Origin: Alkanindiges sp. WGS2144
Lineage (GTDB): Bacteria; Pseudomonadota; Gammaproteobacteria; Pseudomonadales; Moraxellaceae
Direction: 5' to 3' (one strand)
DNA: 32,000 nt
NCBI RefSeq assembly: GCF_043950625.1
Contig: NZ_CP171007.1
Shown here: positions 27,266 through 32,000 of the stretch, one piece after another
Layout of the letters: each line of letters begins with the position of its first letter
Numbering within the stretch: the first letter of the stretch is position 1
Position numbers and translations under genes: made by a program
The notes under the pieces: generated by a model
Told to the model about the DNA's origin: nothing
What the model saw: only the letters and a program-made list of their open reading frames with translations
Database searches by the model: none

Positions 27266-28156
27266 TTATGACACTGCCTGACACTCCGCCAAAAAATCTA
27301 TAAAACGACTAATCCGTGCTGAAAGCCTGGCATTGCGGTAATATACGGCATGAATTGGTTGCATTTCTTCAAGGGTATGTTCCGCTAGTATCTGGAGTAA
27401 CTGTCCATTGAACATATCCTGCCGTGTCATAAAGTCAGATAAACAAACGATACCCTGACCTGCCAGCGCCAGCTCACGAATGGTTTCGCCACTGGAAGCA
27501 CCCAGTGTAGGTTCAATCTTATACCCAGGTTCAGTGCTGTTTTTTAAGGGCCAGTGGTTGAGGTGTTCAGACTGGCTAAAACCAATCAAACGATGCTGCG
27601 CCAATTCACTTATCTGCCGTGGTGTACCGTATTGTTGCAAATAGGCTGGACTCGCCAGAATCCGGCGTCTGCTATTACCCAGAAACCGCGCATGTAAGCT
27701 GGAATCTGGGAGCGGGCCAATGCGGATAGCCACATCAGTTTGTTTCGCCAGTAAATCAATCACCAGATCATCGGTATTGAGTTCCAGTTCAATTTTTGGA
27801 TAACGCTGCCTGAATTGTCCAACCAAAGGCACAATCACATGCTTCATAAATGGATAAGCAGCATTCACCCGTAAATGACCACTAGGCTGCTGCTCCCTAA
27901 GTTGTAGATCTTCTTCAGCCAGCTCAAGCGCATTAATGATCTGCCTGACCTGCTTTAAAAACTGTGCGCCTTCATCGGTGAGCTTGATCCGTCTGGTCGT
28001 GCGTTCTAGCAGGGTGACATTCAGTTTTTGCTCCAGTCGGTTTAGGCTACGGCTAACTCCAGATATCGTTTGTTCAAGTTCATTTGCTGCTGCAGTAATA
28101 GAACCTGTATCCACCACGGTTTTAAAGGCAATGAGTTCATCCAGGTTACTTTTCAT
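27266..28156 (-). CDS. LysR-family transcriptional regulator
   Basis: It has an N-terminal wHTH (LDELIAFKTVVDTGSITAAANELEQTISGVSRSLNRLEQKL) and a C-terminal LysR substrate-binding domain. I chose ATG 28156 because the track's TTG 28195 adds 13 non-homologous residues. It is divergent from the SDR/AKR pair. Confidence 0.88.
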   Translation of the reverse strand: MKSNLDELIAFKTVVDTGSITAAANELEQTISGVSRSLNRLEQKLNVTLLERTTRRIKLTDEGAQFLKQVRQIINALELAEEDLQLREQQPSGHLRVNAAYPFMKHVIVPLVGQFRQRYPKIELELNTDDLVIDLLAKQTDVAIRIGPLPDSSLHARFLGNSRRRILASPAYLQQYGTPRQISELAQHRLIGFSQSEHLNHWPLKNSTEPGYKIEPTLGASSGETIRELALAGQGIVCLSDFMTRQDMFNGQLLQILAEHTLEEMQPIHAVYYRNARLSARISRFIDFLAECQAVS

Positions 28157-28168
28157 TAATTTGATTAT

Positions 28169-28237
28169 TGCACCACAAGCAAAAGTATTTTTCAAAATAG
28201 CCTATTTTTCAGCAAAAATAAAACAGCAATACTGTTT
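28169..28237. promoter_or_regulatory. Candidate LysR operator region in the divergent promoter
   Basis: There is a T-N11-A box with dyad symmetry, tgc-accacaa-gca (28169-28181), and a perfect 6-5-6 palindrome, aaacag-caata-ctgttt (28221-28237), 28 bp upstream of the SDR start codon. Confidence 0.3.
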
Positions 28238-28265
28238 GCATCGTAACTAAAGCTGATTTGAAGCC

Positions 28266-29165
28266 ATGAATATTTTTATCACAGGTGCAACAGGTTATAT
28301 CGGCGGCTCCGTGGCTCAGGCACTGGTGGATGCTGGTCATCAGGTGCGCGGACTAGTGCGCCACCAGGAAAAAGCTGAGCGACTCAAACAGCGCGGCATT
28401 CAGCCTGTGTTCGGTAATCTGGATGATACCAAGTTATTAACTCAACAAGCCCAGCAAGCCGATGCTGTGATTAACGCCGCAGATAGTGATCATCGTGGCG
28501 CGGTTGAAGCCTTATTAAACGGCTTATATGGTTCGGATAAAATTTTTATTCATACCAGTGGCTCCAGCGTAATTGGTGATGATGCGCAAGGCAATATCAC
28601 TACACAGGCCATTTTTGATGAAAACACACCATTTGTGATGGAGCCGGAAAAACAGCATCGCCATGCCATTGACCAGCTGGTTTTACAGGGAGCCAAGCGC
28701 GGTGTGCAAAGTATGGTACTGTGTAACAGTATGATTTATGGCACAGGTTTGGGGATTCATGCCGATAGTGTACAAATTCCACCTTTAGTCCGTTATGCAC
28801 AACAGCATCATGAAGTACGCATTGTTGGTCAAGGCATTAATCGCTGGTCTAACGTACATATCCAGGATGTGGTGGATTTGTATCTACTGGTGATACAACA
28901 GCCCAAAGCAGGTACATTGTTCTTTGTAGAAAATGGCGAAGCATCCTTTGCCGAAATTGCCCAAAGCATTGCCAGACGCCTGAATCTTGGCGAAGTCCAG
29001 TCATGGACTGTGGAAGAAGCTACCGCACACTGGGGCTTTGCCCATGCACACTATTCCTTTGGTTCCAATAGCCGTGTGCGTGGCAACAATGCCAGAAACC
29101 TGCTGAACTGGCATCCTAAACATAATTCTGTGCAACAGTGGATTGAACAGGACATGCCGCTTTAA
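28266..29165 (+). CDS. NAD(P)-binding epimerase/dehydratase-type (atypical SDR) oxidoreductase
   Basis: The 299-aa product has an N-terminal Rossmann motif (IFITGATGYIGGSVAQAL). Confidence 0.8.
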   Translation: MNIFITGATGYIGGSVAQALVDAGHQVRGLVRHQEKAERLKQRGIQPVFGNLDDTKLLTQQAQQADAVINAADSDHRGAVEALLNGLYGSDKIFIHTSGSSVIGDDAQGNITTQAIFDENTPFVMEPEKQHRHAIDQLVLQGAKRGVQSMVLCNSMIYGTGLGIHADSVQIPPLVRYAQQHHEVRIVGQGINRWSNVHIQDVVDLYLLVIQQPKAGTLFFVENGEASFAEIAQSIARRLNLGEVQSWTVEEATAHWGFAHAHYSFGSNSRVRGNNARNLLNWHPKHNSVQQWIEQDMPL

Positions 29166-29207
29166 GGCAGTCCAAACGTCTATATTTTTTACAATAAAGG
29201 TTAAGTC

Positions 29208-30014
29208 ATGAGTATACCAAAGTTTGGTGTGGGAACCTTTCGCCTAAAAGGCCAGACCGTGATTGATTCGGTTAAGAATGCACTCGATATCGGTTATCGC
29301 GCTATTGATACCGCACAGATTTATGACAATGAGGCTGAAGTTGGTGAGGCAATTCAGCAAAGCCAGATCGCACGCAACGAATTATTTATCACCACAAAAA
29401 TCTGGGTCAGCAATTTTAGTCAGGACATACTGATTCCCAGCCTTAAAGAGAGCCTGCAAAAGCTGGGTACCGAGCAGGTTGACCTTACTCTGATTCACTG
29501 GCCAGCACCGCGCCAAGGCGTGATGATCCCTGAAGTCATGCAAAACCTGCTGGAAGCCAAACAGCAGGGTCTGACTGCGCAAATCGGCATTTCCAATTTT
29601 AATATTGACCTGACCCAACAGGCAATTGATGCAATTGGACATGAGCATATTGCCACTAACCAGATTGAACTGCACCCCTATCTCACCAACGAGAAAATTG
29701 CCCATTTTTGCCAGCAGCAAGGCATTCAGGTCACCTCGTACATGACACTGGCCTATGGCAAGGTATTAAATGATCCTGCAATTATTCGGATTGCACAGGC
29801 ACATCAGGCAACACCCGCACAAGTGACGCTGGCCTGGGCGTTACAGCATGGATACGCCGTGATTCCTTCCTCGACCAAGCGGGAAAACCTGCAAGGCAAT
29901 CTACAGGCACAACAGCTCAAACTTACGGCTGATGAAATGACTGCCATTAATAGCCTTAATCGTGATGAACGACTGGTTGACCCGGAAAATCTGGCACCCT
30001 TACAGTGGGATTAA
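29208..30014 (+). CDS. dkgB: Aldo-keto reductase, 2,5-didehydrogluconate reductase B-like
   Basis: The 268-aa product is colinear over its full length with E. coli DkgB as I recall it ([78 protein letters not shown]). AAAGG lies 7 nt before the ATG. Confidence 0.88.
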   Translation: MSIPKFGVGTFRLKGQTVIDSVKNALDIGYRAIDTAQIYDNEAEVGEAIQQSQIARNELFITTKIWVSNFSQDILIPSLKESLQKLGTEQVDLTLIHWPAPRQGVMIPEVMQNLLEAKQQGLTAQIGISNFNIDLTQQAIDAIGHEHIATNQIELHPYLTNEKIAHFCQQQGIQVTSYMTLAYGKVLNDPAIIRIAQAHQATPAQVTLAWALQHGYAVIPSSTKRENLQGNLQAQQLKLTADEMTAINSLNRDERLVDPENLAPLQWD

Positions 30015-30030
30015 TTTCTCAAACCCTTAA

Positions 30031-30059
30031 AGCCAGTTTATGCCTGCAATAAACTGGCT
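30031..30059 (+). terminator. Perfect hairpin downstream of the dkgB-like gene; a possible terminator or hflX leader element
   Basis: agccagttta (30031-30040) pairs with taaactggct (30050-30059) as a 10-bp perfect stem with a 9-nt loop. No U-tract follows (ggtgaccatg), so intrinsic termination is not assured. Confidence 0.35.
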
Positions 30060-30144
30060 GGTGACCATGAACAAAATATACAACACAGTTCAACGAAAAG
30101 TCTTAAAATAGCTTTTTTCTTATCTTTTACAGGTCAATTCATAC

Positions 30145-31482
30145 GTGGAATATTTTGAGCGGCATCAGGGTGGTGAACGTGCACTGCTGGTTCATATGAG
30201 CATTTATCAGCTTGAGGAACCGGATGTCGAAGAGTTTCAGCTGCTTGCCCATTCTGCTGGTGCCAACATCATTGATCTGATTAGTGGTTCACGCCAGCGC
30301 CCTGACCCCAAGCTGTTTATTGGTAGCGGTAAAGCTGAAGAAATCGCCCAGCGCGTACAAGCTGAGCACATTGATCTGGTTATTTTTGATCATACGCTGA
30401 GTCCTGGTCAGGAGCGCAACCTGGAAAAAATATTTCAATGCCGGGTCATTGACCGTACCGGATTGATTCTGGATATCTTTGCCCAGCGTGCCCGCACCCA
30501 TGAAGGTAAACTGCAGGTTGAACTGGCTCAACTTGAGCATTTGTCTACCCGTCTGGTGCGTGGCTGGACACACCTTGAACGGCAAAAAGGCGGTATTGGC
30601 CTGCGTGGCCCAGGTGAAACCCAGCTGGAAACTGACCGCCGCCTGCTTCGAATCCGGGTTGGCCAGCTTAAGGAACGGCTGGAAAAAGTACGTCAAACCC
30701 GCAGTCAGGGTCGTGCTGCGCGACAAAAAGCCGATGTACCGACCATATCGCTAGTAGGCTATACCAATGCTGGCAAATCCACCTTGTTTAACAAACTGGC
30801 CAATAGTGATGTGTATGCCGCCAACCAGCTGTTTGCCACGCTTGACCCGACTTTACGGCGGCTGGAATGGGATGGTCTAGGCACAGTGGTACTGGCGGAT
30901 ACCGTAGGCTTTGTCCGTAATTTGCCACACTCACTGGTCGATTCTTTTCGTGCCACACTGGAAGAAACTTTAGAAGCTTCATTGTTACTCCATGTCATTG
31001 ATGCCAGCAGTCCGGACATGCATGAGCAGATTGATGCCGTCGAAGCGGTATTAAAGGAAATTGGCAACAACGTGCCGGTGCTACGCGTATATAACAAAAT
31101 TGACTTAAGTGGCGATGAGCCACGCCTTACTGAGGAAAAACCCAATCAGCCTGAGCGCGTCTATGTTTCTGCCTATAGTGGCGCCGGACTGGATTTACTA
31201 CAACAAGCGGTGCAAACCTGCCTGATGGGTCAGCTCAATGAATTTGAACTTACCCTACCAGCCAGCGCAGGTAAATTACGCAACCAGCTATACCAGCTCA
31301 ATGTCGTACGACATGAAGAAAATCTGGACAATGGTTGCAGCTTACTGAAAGTACATCTGGCCAAAGATCAGCTACAGCAATTGATTGGCAAGGCCCAGCT
31401 CTCTGTTCATAATGTGCTAAGCCCTGCTCAGGCTCAGTTATTTCAACGTCCCCTTGAGCATTTTGAGCAACCCGACTCCTAA
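30145..31482 (+). CDS. hflX: Ribosome-associated GTPase HflX
   Basis: The 445-aa product has the HflX N-terminal domain (ERALLVHM..., LILDIFAQRARTHEGKLQVELAQL) and G motifs GYTNAGKST, DTVGF and NKID. It starts at GTG 30145. Confidence 0.9.
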   Translation: MEYFERHQGGERALLVHMSIYQLEEPDVEEFQLLAHSAGANIIDLISGSRQRPDPKLFIGSGKAEEIAQRVQAEHIDLVIFDHTLSPGQERNLEKIFQCRVIDRTGLILDIFAQRARTHEGKLQVELAQLEHLSTRLVRGWTHLERQKGGIGLRGPGETQLETDRRLLRIRVGQLKERLEKVRQTRSQGRAARQKADVPTISLVGYTNAGKSTLFNKLANSDVYAANQLFATLDPTLRRLEWDGLGTVVLADTVGFVRNLPHSLVDSFRATLEETLEASLLLHVIDASSPDMHEQIDAVEAVLKEIGNNVPVLRVYNKIDLSGDEPRLTEEKPNQPERVYVSAYSGAGLDLLQQAVQTCLMGQLNEFELTLPASAGKLRNQLYQLNVVRHEENLDNGCSLLKVHLAKDQLQQLIGKAQLSVHNVLSPAQAQLFQRPLEHFEQPDS

Positions 31483-31572
31483 ACTTTACAGTGTCTTGGC
31501 CCAAGGTTGTATACCATTTTTAACGGTTAAGTCTTATGCTTAACCACTGTTTAAATTTAGCCAAACCAGAAC

Positions 31573-31965
31573 ATGATGTGGAAAAAATACGACTGGCCTG
31601 CCCTATTCACAACCTTTGCCCTGATTGTCATCGTGCGTGAGTTTTGTGTCTGGCTGATGGGACTCATACACCATCCCGAACTTGGTAACCTGGTAGGCTT
31701 GTTACTGCTATTGGTTATGTTAATTACCTGGCGCCGCATTAAACCTCTGCCAATCCGGTTACTGGATGCCAATACACATATTATGAAAGAGAGTGCATTT
31801 GCTTTTTTACCTATTTCGGCTGGTTCTATTTTAATGCTGACGCATTTGGGTGATGAATTGCCCTGGTTTTTATTTATTCTGATTTTTAGCACCCTGATCT
31901 CTCTATGGATTTATGCTTATGCGGCAAAACACTGGATGAGTTCAGATAAATCATCTACTTCCTGA
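31573..31965 (+). CDS. CidA/LrgA-family (holin-like) small membrane protein
   Basis: The 130-aa product has 4 predicted TM helices in a pattern resembling E. coli YohJ/LrgA (GNLVGLLLLLVML...; AFAFLPISAG corresponds to FVPIGVG). The tandem ATGs at 31573 and 31576 leave the exact start open. Confidence 0.7.
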   Translation: MMWKKYDWPALFTTFALIVIVREFCVWLMGLIHHPELGNLVGLLLLLVMLITWRRIKPLPIRLLDANTHIMKESAFAFLPISAGSILMLTHLGDELPWFLFILIFSTLISLWIYAYAAKHWMSSDKSSTS

Positions 31966-32000
31966 CCGAGGTATTCTGAGTCTATGCGGCTTTGTTACCC

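Noticed and set aside
31525-31545. A 7-bp hairpin, ggttaag-tcttatg-cttaacc, between hflX and the lrgA-like gene, as a possible terminator.
   Set aside because: The stem is short and AT-rich, and there is no clean U-tract (actgtttaaattt follows). This is not enough to call a terminator.
31984-32000. ATG at 31984 as a possible start of an lrgB-like gene following lrgA.
   Set aside because: Only 17 nt remain in the window, so there is no way to support a CDS call.

Overview
A 32-kb chromosomal window at about 47-48% GC by hand count. The gene repertoire is Gram-negative, probably gammaproteobacterial and Moraxellaceae/Acinetobacter-like, but that taxon call is inference only. I support about 26 protein-coding genes. 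I found no rRNA, tRNA, CRISPR array, transposase, integrase, phage gene or recognisable defence gene.

Gene order:
- 3' end of an outer-membrane efflux factor.
- A complete ectABCD ectoine/hydroxyectoine operon on the minus strand.
- A 586-bp, very AT-rich divergent control region.
- A tightly packed three-gene operon: AGPS-like FAD-linked oxidase, GlpD-like FAD dehydrogenase and FGGY sugar/polyol kinase.
- A membrane EAL phosphodiesterase with a degenerate GGDEF domain.
- A thiolase plus multifunctional enoyl-CoA hydratase/3-hydroxyacyl-CoA dehydrogenase pair.
- An EmrB-like MFS pump followed by its EmrA/HlyD-like adaptor, which is the atypical order.
- A large SAM-dependent methyltransferase of unknown substrate.
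- A PAQR/hemolysin-III protein.
- An MHS-type MFS transporter.
- A membrane GGEEF diguanylate cyclase.
- A lipid-flavoured trio: membrane metallophosphoesterase, lipoprotein phospholipase D with two HKD motifs, and PlsC-type acyltransferase.
- A LysR regulator divergent from an NAD(P)-binding SDR and a DkgB-like aldo-keto reductase.
- hflX, then a CidA/LrgA-family protein.

I do not see a convincing novel defence or mobile system. The best candidate for undescribed biology is the flavoenzyme/dehydrogenase/kinase operon at 4744-9442 and its unusually long AT-rich control region shared with ectA. The other findings are smaller curiosities and are scored accordingly.
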